From sequence record MZ501053: DNA of 49,298 nt. One strand, written 5' to 3'. The translations under genes were made by a program, and so were the position numbers. The notes below the pieces were generated by a model. It saw only the letters and a list, made by a program, of their open reading frames with translations, searched no databases and was not told the origin of the DNA. Origin of the DNA: Escherichia phage BrunoManser. Positions 19,501 to 27,566 of this stretch are shown piece after piece. Position 1 is the stretch's first letter, and each line of letters begins with the position of its first letter.

Positions 19501-19997
19501 TCGGAAACAACGAAGCGGCATTGAATCAGAAGCTTGATTCGTGGGCTAACGTTGATTCTGTTGGTGCGATGTATGGCGTTAAGCTTGGATTGACATATAA
19601 CGGACAGCAGTATAGCGCGGGTATGGCTATGTCTCTGATTGCTTCCGGTAACGATGTTAAGTCACAACTTCTGTTTGAGGCCGACAGATTCGCGATCTAC
19701 AATGGTGCTAATAATCATATTAGATACCCATTTATCGTTGAGGGCGGGCAGGTAATACTAAGTAGCGCGGTGATTAAGGATGGATTCATCACTAATGCCA
19801 TGATTGGTGGATACATTCAATCAAATAACTACGTGTGGAACCAATCTGGTTGGCACTTAGGGAAGGACGGAACGTTCCTTAACTTCGGTTCAACTCCGGG
19901 CGAAGGTTCGATGAAACAGGATAACCAGACGATCAGCGTTAGAGATCAGAACGGTGTTCTTCGCGTCCAGATTGGTAGAATTACTGGCGTATGGTAA
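16575..19997 (+). CDS. central tail fibre / host specificity protein (lambda J-like)
   Basis: 1140 aa, last large gene of the tail tip module; C-terminal ~150 codons look AT-richer than the rest by eye. Confidence 0.8.
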   Translation: MIKKVITGSKGGGGKPHTPVEMEDNLISINKIRVLLAVSDGEVDPDFDMKMLLLNDVPVMNDDGTYNYEGITAEFRPGTQTQDYIQGFTDSASEVTMNRVIDRDTPYSINVTNKSLSAIRIKMYMPRGVKVESNGDKNGVRVEYKVELAVDGAAFTEYFTDVIDGKTMSGYDRSRRINLPAFNSQVIVRVSRVTPDSDDSNLIDEMQLKSYAEVIDAKFRYPLTGLLFVEFDSKMFPTQIPNISLRKKWKVINVPSNYNPITRDYNGSWDGTFKKAWSNNPAWVLYDIITNQRYGLDQRELGINVDKWALYEAGQYCDQMVPDGKGGTEPRYLCDVVIQSQIEAFKLVRDICSIFRGMSFWNGESLSVVIDKPRDPSYIFTNENVVGGNFSYSFASEKSMYTTCNVQFDDHENLYQQDVEPVFDTDAARRFGNNPTSITAIGCTRRSEANRRGRWILRTNLRSTTVNFATGLEGMIPQIGDVVAIADNFWSSNLTLNLSGRVMEVSGLQIFTAFRVDARAGDFIVVNKPDGKPVKRTISSVSPDGKTIEINVGFGFDVAPSTIFAIDRTDVALQQYVVTDIKKGDGDEEFVFSITAVEYDPNKYDAIDYGVNVDDRPTSIVDPDKLPAPQNVAVESFSRIVQGLSVETMVISWEKVDYAAFYEVQWRKNNGNWINVPRTQTNETFVEGIYAGEYSVRVRAISSSENASVWSEVVTVGLTGKVGEPGAPINFTASDDVVFGIRLKWGMPEDSGDTAYIEVQQSPNNSVENASLLTLVPYPQHEYFHTPLEAGKMIFYRIRAIDKIGNVSPWTDLIPGMASTDVESIIGEIKVDIENSEGYQWLKENATDAIARIQNTAESAIENALANDKDIRIQRVKNGKFTAQIKESLQLIANETEARVTQVSQMEADFDGKINAQNTELRQVIATETEALSEEIEELKASIGDDIQAQLTQVQQAIANETEARTTADTALSARIGNNEAALNQKLDSWANVDSVGAMYGVKLGLTYNGQQYSAGMAMSLIASGNDVKSQLLFEADRFAIYNGANNHIRYPFIVEGGQVILSSAVIKDGFITNAMIGGYIQSNNYVWNQSGWHLGKDGTFLNFGSTPGEGSMKQDNQTISVRDQNGVLRVQIGRITGVW

Positions 19998-20047
19998 AAT
20001 CTTAGGGCGGCAATCGTCGCCCTATATCTTTTAAGGAGGTTCGAATT

Positions 20048-20353
20048 ATGGCTTCTTACGGCATTGGAACGTGGGACGGTAACGGAAACTATAATAACTA
20101 CGGCATTAAGCCAGTTTCGGTTATTGGAATCATAAATCTTAGTAGCGGTCAGAATTCCGGCTCGTGGAATTTCGATGTTCCGCAGGGGATGAAAGTAGGG
20201 TTTGCGGTAACGCTTGATACTGGAGGCCAAACGATAGGCCGACGAATAGTTGCAAGCGGTAATAACATTTCAATCTATCCGGCGTCTGATATCGGGATCG
20301 GTAACTACCCGGCATCTAATTGTGAATTAGTTGTGTTTTTGGAGAATGCTTAA
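20048..20353 (+). CDS. hypothetical protein (Gly/Asn/Ser-rich), possible host-range accessory
   Basis: 101 aa, RBS AAGGAGG; AT-richer codon usage than core structural genes (by eye). Confidence 0.4.
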   Translation: MASYGIGTWDGNGNYNNYGIKPVSVIGIINLSSGQNSGSWNFDVPQGMKVGFAVTLDTGGQTIGRRIVASGNNISIYPASDIGIGNYPASNCELVVFLENA

Positions 20354-20355
20354 TT

Positions 20356-21027
20356 ATGGCTAGATATGGCGCTTACATTGACAGTAATTCTGGGCATCCG
20401 TTTATAACTCCAGTATCAACTCCGTTCGTACTCTATACTAAGGCTTCTGTATCATCCGTTGATATCGGTGCGGATTATAAGGGCGCTAACGGAACCATAG
20501 ATATTAATCCGTCATATCCCGCTATGGTTTTCCTGAGATCTGATAACAGGGCTACTCTTAGCGCGACAAGATCGGGCGGTAAAATATTATTCGGTGGAAG
20601 TATTCAGGGGCGGAATAATCCACATTTCACCGTTACGGCGTATGTGTTCGCGAGATTCCCGCAACCGACCCCGCGCTATGGGATGGCTATATGGGATGCG
20701 TCCGGGACTTGCATACTGACTAACGAAAGCAGGGTGTTAACAGATCTAGTTACTGTTGGTACTGTTGGTAATGGCGGTGGGATAAATATCGATCAGACCC
20801 TTCCGGGCAATTATGCAGTTTCTCCAATGACTATGGGCGCGACGCTTATACAAATATTTGTTCAGGGACAGCCGCAGATAATTAACATATCCGCGTCTAC
20901 TGGAGCATATAACAGCGGAGGCGGGACAAGGATTAATGCCGTATCAAGTCAGGCGGCAAGCGGTAACGTTGTAGGATATCTTAATACAGGGGTGACAATA
21001 ACAGCTATAAACGTTGATGGACTATAA
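20356..21027 (+). CDS. hypothetical protein (Gly/Ser/Thr-rich beta-type), possible host-range accessory
   Basis: 223 aa, translationally coupled to previous ORF; bidirectional terminator immediately downstream. Confidence 0.4.
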   Translation: MARYGAYIDSNSGHPFITPVSTPFVLYTKASVSSVDIGADYKGANGTIDINPSYPAMVFLRSDNRATLSATRSGGKILFGGSIQGRNNPHFTVTAYVFARFPQPTPRYGMAIWDASGTCILTNESRVLTDLVTVGTVGNGGGINIDQTLPGNYAVSPMTMGATLIQIFVQGQPQIINISASTGAYNSGGGTRINAVSSQAASGNVVGYLNTGVTITAINVDGL

Positions 21028-21032
21028 GAAAA

Positions 21033-21060
21033 AGCCCGGAATTAACCGGGCTTTATATTT
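21033..21060. terminator. bidirectional terminator between tail accessory genes (+) and cor (-)
   Basis: AAAGCCCGG-AATTAA-CCGGGCTTT flanked by A-run and T-run. Confidence 0.6.
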
Positions 21061-21061
21061 T

Positions 21062-21289
21062 TCATCGTTTGCAGTCGTGAGTGGTGAATTGCCTTTCGTT
21101 TACATAATGAAATGAGAACGGGTATCCGGCGCGTAACATTAACTCCCCTCCATTGAGCCTCGTTCCGAACACATACACTTCGTATTTGTTATATCCAGAT
21201 TCGTATATAGCGGTACACGTTCTTTTCGGCATATCAGCACAACCAATCAGAGCTAACGCAATCGCCGCGACCATAAGCTTCTTCTTCAT
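21062..21289 (-). CDS. cor: Cor-like superinfection exclusion lipoprotein
   Basis: Start set to internal ATG with RBS GGAGGG; N-terminus MKKKLMVAAIALALIGC has signal peptide plus lipobox (LIGC); small size and location just downstream of the J-like gene match Cor of T1/phi80-type phages. Confidence 0.55.
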   Translation of the reverse strand: MKKKLMVAAIALALIGCADMPKRTCTAIYESGYNKYEVYVFGTRLNGGELMLRAGYPFSFHYVNERQFTTHDCKR

Positions 21290-21444
21290 TCTAAAACCCT
21301 CCATTCGTTTGTTTATCGGCATTATACACGTTTGCGATCGTGAGTGTTGGCAAAAAGTGCGATCCATAAAAATGACGCTGTAATCCTATTACATGTAATT
21401 CGTGTAACTTTTGTCTATCATTTTCATGATTACAGAATCCGCAC

Positions 21445-21535
21445 AAAATTTGAGCAACTATGGAGCGCACTGATATACGCTAACTCCTTATAATATATAG
21501 ATAATAATAATAATCTTAAATTGGTTTTTTATATG
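21445..21535 (+). repeat. AT-rich direct repeat, copy A
   Basis: AAAATTTGAGCAA...CGCTAACT...TATAATATATAGATAATAATAATAAT...TTAAATTGGTTTTTTATAT; about 75% identical by eye to copy B. Confidence 0.55.
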
Positions 21536-21779
21536 TGTAATTATCATGTAATCAATGTAAGCGGTGTAATCGTGTTTTTTGTGATGCGTTCAAATTGATA
21601 GTGATTCTCTATGGAATGATGCGTTATCGATGGGGTGTCTTGATATTTATCTATGGGGCGATTACAAGCTCACATCTTATACATGCAACTTTACGGGATT
21701 CATGGCATTGAATTACATAGAGATTTTGTGTAATCGTATTTTTTCTAAGAAATGATTACGAACAATTACAGCGTAACTG

Positions 21780-21807
21780 TTGACTAAATGTCCCTACTGG
21801 CTATAAT
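21780..21807 (+). promoter_or_regulatory. strong sigma70 promoter (TTGACT-N16-TATAAT) upstream of recombination genes
   Basis: Near-consensus -35 and -10 about 30 bp upstream of ATG at 21838, followed by leader CATCATCAACGAAGGAG. Confidence 0.6.
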
Positions 21808-21837
21808 GACCACATCATCAACGAAGGAGATAAACGA

Positions 21838-22908
21838 ATGTTTAAAGTGCTCACCAACAAACAGCTTACCAACGACGAATATCACGATCCGAAAGGATGG
21901 GCGGCGGAGTACGTTAGCGGATCAAGCCTTGCCGATATATTCAATACCTGCCCGGCGAACTGGCGATTCAAGAAGAATAAGGTAACTAAGGCGCTTGAAT
22001 TCGGTACGCAATCGCACACCAACTTCGAAAGCAAAAAACTGTTCGAAGCTGCATACAAACGTTGCCCGGCTCCGTCTGAGTTTAAGGATCTGATCACGTC
22101 GCAAGCCGGGTTAGCCGCTAAGTTAAAATCATTCGGCCTGAAAGGTACTTCAGGGAAGCAGTATCCCGACCTTTTGAAAATGATGGTTGATTGTGGCGAA
22201 ATGCTTAACGTTCAATACCTGATCGAAATGGTGGCGGAAGCCGAAGCGCGGGCAGAAGGCAAGCAGTTAGTAGACGCCGAAGCATACGACGCTTGCGTTA
22301 CAATGCGAAAAGTTCTTGAATCAATCCCGGAACATGACGCTTGCATCAACAGTGAAACAGCAATGCACGAAGTTTCAATCTTCGGAACGATTTCCGGCGT
22401 GAAGGTTAAGGTTCGACTCGATCACTTAGATTTACGCGAGAACGTCGAAGCGCGTGTGCTGAATGGTTATTCTGACGAAGGAGATCCGATTTATGAAACC
22501 GTTATTCATCCTGAAGCGCTAGTGATTACAGACTTCAAGACGACGGCAAGCGCTAACCCTCTGGAGTTTCCGCGATTGGCATTCAATCACGGCTACTACT
22601 TGAAAATGGCGTTACAACATGACTTACTGAAGCGAGCAATTCAGGCCGGGGCATTCGAAGGAGTCGATCCGAATATCCCGATCGTTGTCCGCCTTCTGGC
22701 GCAAGAGAAAAAGGAACCGTTCTTGCCGATGGGCTACCGCATGACGCCGGAACAACTTCGAATCGGACGCACACAATACGTTAGCGTGGTGCATACGTAT
22801 AAAGAATGCGTAGAATCGGATGTATGGCCTTCATACGCTAACGGCGCGGCTGAGGTCGATTTAGAAACGCCACAGTGGGTAAGATACCAGTACAAACACG
22901 CATTGTAA
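21838..22908 (+). CDS. recombination exonuclease (PD-(D/E)XK family)
   Basis: 356 aa; D...E...K-type nuclease signature (LDHLD ... ITDFKT); precedes ERF and SSB genes; driven by consensus sigma70 promoter. Confidence 0.5.
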   Translation: MFKVLTNKQLTNDEYHDPKGWAAEYVSGSSLADIFNTCPANWRFKKNKVTKALEFGTQSHTNFESKKLFEAAYKRCPAPSEFKDLITSQAGLAAKLKSFGLKGTSGKQYPDLLKMMVDCGEMLNVQYLIEMVAEAEARAEGKQLVDAEAYDACVTMRKVLESIPEHDACINSETAMHEVSIFGTISGVKVKVRLDHLDLRENVEARVLNGYSDEGDPIYETVIHPEALVITDFKTTASANPLEFPRLAFNHGYYLKMALQHDLLKRAIQAGAFEGVDPNIPIVVRLLAQEKKEPFLPMGYRMTPEQLRIGRTQYVSVVHTYKECVESDVWPSYANGAAEVDLETPQWVRYQYKHAL

Positions 22909-22912
22909 TAAA

Positions 22913-22927
22913 CAGCACAAATAGCTA
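22913..22927. promoter_or_regulatory. degenerate palindrome cAGCA-N5-AGCTA + hairpin (GATATAAT in loop)
   Basis: AGCACAAATAGCTAAAC then GACGGGGTGATATAATTCATCCCGT then leader and RBS of erf. Confidence 0.5.
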
Positions 22928-22990
22928 AACATATGAAAGACGGGGTGATATAATTCATCCCGTAAACAAAACCAATCAGGAGATAACAGA

Positions 22991-23644
22991 ATGATTCTTT
23001 CCCAACAATCCGATCAAATCCTTCCGGCTCTGTTTAAGGCGCGTGGCAAGTTCGTAAAGGCCAAGAAAGACAAGCAAAACACACACCTGAAAAACAAATA
23101 TGCGACGCTTGATTCTATGATGGAGGCCGTTACCCCAGCATTGACGGATAACGGGATCATGATTATGCAATCCATGCTGGACACAAGCACCGACACAACC
23201 TTCCATCTTGAAACGATGCTTATTCATGCGGAAAGCGGTCAATTCGCCCGGTTCTTTATGTCAATGCCAATCGCGAAGCGTGACCCGCAAGGCGTAGGAT
23301 CTGCAATGACATACGCACGACGTTACGGACTGGCGGCGGCATTGGGCATTAGCCAAGCGGACGACGACGCGCAATTAGCCGTTAAATCCGCGGCGGATTG
23401 GAAAAAGGATCTTGACGAATGCGAAGACTTCGAACAATTGAAAGATGTTTGGGCGACAGCATTCAGGCAGTGCGACGCGGCAAACAAGGCTATTGTCCAA
23501 GACCACTACAACAAATTGAAAGCGAAGTTTGAAGTTGGTAAAGCGCGAGGATTCCGCCCTGCTGAAAAACCAGAACAGAAAAAACCAGTTGAACCGGAAC
23601 ATCGACAGACGGTACAATCTAAATCAATCAACGATTTCGAATAA
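22991..23644 (+). CDS. erf: ERF-family single-strand annealing protein
   Basis: 217 aa; N-terminal region (KNKYATLDSMMEAVTPALTDNGIMI) resembles ERF family; between exonuclease and SSB. Confidence 0.55.
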   Translation: MILSQQSDQILPALFKARGKFVKAKKDKQNTHLKNKYATLDSMMEAVTPALTDNGIMIMQSMLDTSTDTTFHLETMLIHAESGQFARFFMSMPIAKRDPQGVGSAMTYARRYGLAAALGISQADDDAQLAVKSAADWKKDLDECEDFEQLKDVWATAFRQCDAANKAIVQDHYNKLKAKFEVGKARGFRPAEKPEQKKPVEPEHRQTVQSKSINDFE

Positions 23645-23651
23645 TATCAAC

Positions 23652-23675
23652 GGGCGGCGAATGTCGCCCATTTTT
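23652..23675 (+). terminator. hairpin with U-tract after erf
   Basis: GGGCG-GCGAATGT-CGCCC followed by ATTTTT. Confidence 0.45.
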
Positions 23676-23690
23676 ACGGGAGATTAAAGA

Positions 23691-24101
23691 ATGCACGTAA
23701 TTACAGGCGAAATCCGCAAGGAACCGAAAACATTAGATCGCAATGGCTCTACGGTTTACATTGTTGAACTGGCAGAAAGTTACAAACCGCGAGACGGCAA
23801 CCGTGAATACACGAACTACACTTTTTTCTTTAGTGACGGTGGCAAACCCGGTTTAGCGCAATGGTATGCTGAAGCATTCCAGATCGGTAAGGTCATTTCA
23901 GTATCGTGCGAAACGCTGAAGATTTCCTCACGCGAGCACAACGGAACGATTTACAACACGCTTCAGGCGGCAGACTTCCCGCGACTGATATTTAGCCAGC
24001 GCGGAGAAAGTCAAGCACCACAACAGCAAGGCGGCGGGCAACAGCAACAACAGCGACAGCCTAAACCGCAACAGGGATTCGACGACGATATCCCATTCTA
24101 A
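23691..24101 (+). CDS. ssb: single-stranded DNA-binding protein
   Basis: 136 aa; Gly/Gln-rich linker and acidic C-terminal tip DDDIPF typical of bacterial/phage SSB. Confidence 0.7.
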   Translation: MHVITGEIRKEPKTLDRNGSTVYIVELAESYKPRDGNREYTNYTFFFSDGGKPGLAQWYAEAFQIGKVISVSCETLKISSREHNGTIYNTLQAADFPRLIFSQRGESQAPQQQGGGQQQQQRQPKPQQGFDDDIPF

Positions 24102-24105
24102 CAGC

Positions 24106-24137
24106 AAAAATAAAGGAGCCTTTCGGCTCCTTTTTTG
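24106..24137. terminator. bidirectional terminator between ssb (+) and tail fibre (-)
   Basis: AAAAATAAAGGAGCC-TTTC-GGCTCCTTTTTTG. Confidence 0.65.
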
Positions 24138-25922
24138 TTACTTCAGCAATAGCGATTCAAGCTTCGCTAATCTTTCTTCGAGTTCATCGACTCGACCTTC
24201 TGCTTTGTCTGCTCGTTCCTTCTGTTCGTTGAATGCGTTAACCAACAATGCAGTAACGCCAGCATAGTTCACGCCTTTCATACCTTCCTTTTTAGCATCA
24301 GGCGTCTTTCCATTATCTTCAAGCTGGACAACAGCTTCTGGCAAAACAAATTCAAGATCCTGAGCAATTAATCCAGCCTCAACGCTGTATAACGATCTGT
24401 CAGTTTCATGCAATTCATTACGTTTATAGTACGTATATCCGACAAGCCTTTCCACGCGCTCACTTGCTGACTCGATTTTTTTGAGATTTGTTTTCATCCT
24501 CAAGTCGGATGTACTTGTCCAGTTTGCCGCCATAGCCACTCCGTCATCAGTAAACCTGAATAAAGCACTCCTAACATAAAGGTGTGTCTCACACATGCCG
24601 GAGTCATATCTAGTACAATCTACGCCAGTTACCCAATCAGCGCCCAACTGCACAGCCTTGAAAATGTTGACGGCGGAGTCAGACCCGGGAAGCTCCACAA
24701 TAACGCCAGCCGCCCTATCACGCCACGCAGCAAAATAACCCCCCTCAACCTCCCCAGCAACAAATGCCCCGTTTCCAGTTGTTCTGCGTACATCAACCCT
24801 CAATGCTTCTTTTTCTTCCGAAGATAGGCTTCTGATTCGTCCGCTAGCGTTAATTTCGTTAACGTTATTCAAGTCTCCTCTTTCATTAATTTGTAGATAG
24901 TTTGTTCCACCACCCTCTCTGGCTGTCTGAATTGTTGTTTTTGCAACCCCATTCTGCATTTCATGATAAATCCTTGAATACGAAACTTTAGATCCATCTG
25001 GATTATTATTTCGTAAAGCAATAATCCCTGAAGTTGTGCCATTCTTAGCCTCAAACTCAATACCACCAAATACTGGAACTTGATTTGCAGATAAACCCAA
25101 ATTGCTACGAGCGGCGTTAACGTCGGTTAGCCCTGATAGGTTCCCATCCTTGCGTAACAGCGCATCCGGGTTAACACTATTTGCGAACTGTTCCGCCTGA
25201 TTCCTGAATGCTTGCGACTGATCGCGGGCAGTTTCAGATCCAGACTGTGCCGTTTGCGCCGCGTTTCTGGCGTTTTCTGCTTGCGTAACCATGCCGCCAA
25301 TATCCGACTTCGCATTGTTGACGTCGATAACAGCCTGATCGCGAGTCTTGTTTACAGTATTAACCGCGTTCGTTTGTGCTGTACCAACTTCGGACAGCGC
25401 GTTATCTTTAATCTGTTGCGTCTGGTTCTTGAATCCTTCCGCCTCATTGCGATAGAAAAGCGATTCGTTCGCATATGTCCCGGCCTGAGTCTTCGACGCT
25501 TCCGCTTGTCCTTTGAACGTTTCCGCGTCATTCCTGAATGTCTGCGTTTCGTTGCGAAGGGTAATTATCTGTTGCAGGTCGAAATCTTTAAAGAATTCGA
25601 TCGCCTCTTCGATAACCGTTTCTTTGCTCTGATAGTATCGAAGCGTTTCCGCAACGTCTTGCGCCATGCCGTCAACGGTTAACGAGTCATTCAACAGGAT
25701 CACATATTTGGATTGCGCCACCGCTTCGCCGTCCGTAGTAATGGCGGTCATTTCCGTATCGCTATCGATCGTGTTGATTACCGCCAGCTTCAATGGTGTA
25801 GTAAGGAAAACTATAGTTGCGCCTTTGCGGATCAGGGATAACGGTTCGCGCCATTGAGTACCGACGCCCGTTACTTGTCCTTCCGCCGTCATTGACGCTT
25901 CGCCTTGTCTGTATAAAGCCAT
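24138..25922 (-). CDS. tail fibre protein with C-terminal intramolecular chaperone (peptidase S74-like) domain
   Basis: Start set to internal ATG after RBS GGAGG (MALYRQG...); Q/N/A-rich fibre repeats; C-terminal ~120 aa ([23 protein letters not shown]...) resembles endosialidase-chaperone autoprocessing domain ending in a coiled coil. Confidence 0.65.
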   Translation of the reverse strand: MALYRQGEASMTAEGQVTGVGTQWREPLSLIRKGATIVFLTTPLKLAVINTIDSDTEMTAITTDGEAVAQSKYVILLNDSLTVDGMAQDVAETLRYYQSKETVIEEAIEFFKDFDLQQIITLRNETQTFRNDAETFKGQAEASKTQAGTYANESLFYRNEAEGFKNQTQQIKDNALSEVGTAQTNAVNTVNKTRDQAVIDVNNAKSDIGGMVTQAENARNAAQTAQSGSETARDQSQAFRNQAEQFANSVNPDALLRKDGNLSGLTDVNAARSNLGLSANQVPVFGGIEFEAKNGTTSGIIALRNNNPDGSKVSYSRIYHEMQNGVAKTTIQTAREGGGTNYLQINERGDLNNVNEINASGRIRSLSSEEKEALRVDVRRTTGNGAFVAGEVEGGYFAAWRDRAAGVIVELPGSDSAVNIFKAVQLGADWVTGVDCTRYDSGMCETHLYVRSALFRFTDDGVAMAANWTSTSDLRMKTNLKKIESASERVERLVGYTYYKRNELHETDRSLYSVEAGLIAQDLEFVLPEAVVQLEDNGKTPDAKKEGMKGVNYAGVTALLVNAFNEQKERADKAEGRVDELEERLAKLESLLLK

Positions 25923-25942
25923 TTGTAAATCCTCCAAGTAAA

Positions 25943-25957
25943 TAGCACTATTTGCTA
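25943..25957. promoter_or_regulatory. palindrome TAGCA-N5-TGCTA
   Basis: AATAGCACTATTTGCTAAA immediately upstream of RBS of the - strand tail fibre gene. Confidence 0.5.
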
Positions 25958-26002
25958 AACCATGATTTTAGCATTGTGTTATGCGGGCGGCAATAGGGCA
26001 AT

Positions 26003-26024
26003 AAAAAACCCGCCGAAGCGGGTT
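26003..26024 (-). terminator. intrinsic terminator after primase gene (- strand)
   Basis: Reverse complement reads AACCCGC-TTCG-GCGGGTTTTTT. Confidence 0.6.
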
Positions 26025-26967
26025 AGAGTAAATCACTTGCATTAAATATTTTTCGTTGCATTCCAGATCGGAAGCCGCCTTCGTTCGGAATGATAACTTT
26101 CAATTCCCTGTCGTCCGCCATGTAAAGCGTATCACGATCTCCCGGCGTACATGCGACGCGCATTTCCCGTTCTCCTTTGTAGCGATAGGCTACCATTTCC
26201 AGATTTTCAGGAGTAAAGCACGTCCAGACTTCTTGACCTGTTGCAAGGTGTACATGTTGCGAGTCGATCCAGTTTAGGCAAAGGTAAATCGCCTTGTCGG
26301 TTGAACCACTCACGACAACGGAGGCGGCTGTATATTTCTTCGCGTAAAACGATTCGCGCCCTTCTTCGTCGATAAACAGGATATTGCAAAATTCATCGTC
26401 TAATCCATCTTCATGCACCATGCGACACGGCAACGCATGAATAAGCGATTCCCCACCATTCTCCAGCGTTTTTACGCCCACATCGTAAGATTCATCGCCC
26501 GGAAGATAAATCCCCTCAAACATCGACAGCGGCGTCGTGTCGCGCTTCTCTGTTCGCTCCATTACTGCGACGCATTGTTCATGCTCCGCCATTGCAACGC
26601 CGACATTGTGAACCGGAGTTCGGCGGGCTTTTTTGTTGGCCTTAATAACGTATTCTTGCGGAACCTTACCCAAAAACCGCCCTAAGATGTTAATCACTTC
26701 GCTGTATTCGCACCCGGTAAGCTTCATCATCCAGCCAATCCCGGTATCGTTGCCGCAAGAGTTACAGATCGCGCCACCGTCGCCAGCTTCCTTTAATTTA
26801 TCCGTCCATCTGAAGCGGTCTTTGCCGCCGCAATTCGGGCAAGATTGATGCTTTTTGTTGAACACGTCATTAGGTAGATTGCAGATCGATTGTAACGCCT
26901 CCCGCCACATTCCTTTCATGTACGGCAAAACGTCTTCTTTCTGGTACATCATGTTATCTTCGTGCAT
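26023..26967 (-). CDS. DNA primase (zinc-binding)
   Basis: 314 aa; CPNCGG...CNSCGN zinc-finger pair near N-terminus; adjacent to helicase; intrinsic terminator downstream on - strand. Confidence 0.5.
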   Translation of the reverse strand: MHEDNMMYQKEDVLPYMKGMWREALQSICNLPNDVFNKKHQSCPNCGGKDRFRWTDKLKEAGDGGAICNSCGNDTGIGWMMKLTGCEYSEVINILGRFLGKVPQEYVIKANKKARRTPVHNVGVAMAEHEQCVAVMERTEKRDTTPLSMFEGIYLPGDESYDVGVKTLENGGESLIHALPCRMVHEDGLDDEFCNILFIDEEGRESFYAKKYTAASVVVSGSTDKAIYLCLNWIDSQHVHLATGQEVWTCFTPENLEMVAYRYKGEREMRVACTPGDRDTLYMADDRELKVIIPNEGGFRSGMQRKIFNASDLL

Positions 26968-27026
26968 CTTCTTTGCTCCAATAAAAAACGCGTAACGAGA
27001 TTCTAACCCGCTACGCGTTCATTGTT

Positions 27027-27473
27027 TTAGCTATTTGTGCTTTGCGTCGTTTCGTCTTTTCGAACAACGCGCATTAACTTGCGATTCTTGCAACGCTTTT
27101 CTAAGCACTTGCCGTTACTGTCGAACTTCAGGTCGAAGCGAAGCCAGCTTGCGCGATAACCTTTACAGCCTTGCCGACGGTATGCACGATGCGCCGCCTC
27201 CGCGCCTTGCCATGAAATCATACCGCGAACTTTCCATTCGTTCACGTTCTGATTGGTCACTTTCAGCGCCTTAGCTGTTGCGGACGGCGAACCGTAATAT
27301 TCGATCAATGCGTCAAGTCTGGCTCGTAGTCCGGCGCGAACTTCATCCTTCAGGATGTAGAATCCGCATCGCTGGCGGGGCTTGATATCTTTCCCGCGTC
27401 GTGTACCATTATTCCCGTTGATGTGGCGACGGTCGATTTCACCAGTTGATTCTGCAATACGTTTCATCGTCAT
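27027..27473 (-). CDS. putative HTH DNA-binding protein (Cro/YdaS-like)
   Basis: Start set to internal ATG with RBS GAGG (MTMKRIAE...); helix-turn-helix-like segment GSPSATAKALKVTNQNVNEWK; Arg/Lys-rich. Confidence 0.4.
   Translation of the reverse strand: MTMKRIAESTGEIDRRHINGNNGTRRGKDIKPRQRCGFYILKDEVRAGLRARLDALIEYYGSPSATAKALKVTNQNVNEWKVRGMISWQGAEAAHRAYRRQGCKGYRASWLRFDLKFDSNGKCLEKRCKNRKLMRVVRKDETTQSTNS
27028..27042. promoter_or_regulatory. degenerate palindrome + hairpin module upstream of primase (- strand)
   Basis: Minus-strand reading AGCACAAATAGCTAAAAC then AACGCGTA...GTTAGAAT...TACGCGTT hairpin then RBS GGAG. Confidence 0.45.
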
Positions 27474-27566
27474 AGTAAATTCCTCAATAGCATTTTTTGT
27501 TAAAACTGTTTCGTCAATGCGTGTATTATACAATCAACGAAGCATCTACGCAAAGGATTAAAATTC

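Noticed and set aside
19998-20032. Terminator after the J-like gene (AGGGCG-GCAATC-GTCGCCCT)
   Set aside because: Stem is short and the T-tract is interrupted (ATATCTTTT); too weak to call.
21370-21837. tRNA genes or integrase attachment site in the AT-rich intergenic region
   Set aside because: No cloverleaf-compatible 70-90 nt GC-rich segment, and no integrase or repressor anywhere in the window; repeats read better as regulatory iterons.
25212-25682. 156-aa + strand ORF inside the - strand tail fibre gene
   Set aside because: Arg/Leu-rich low-complexity translation of the antisense of Q/N/A-rich fibre repeats; tail fibre frame is far better supported.
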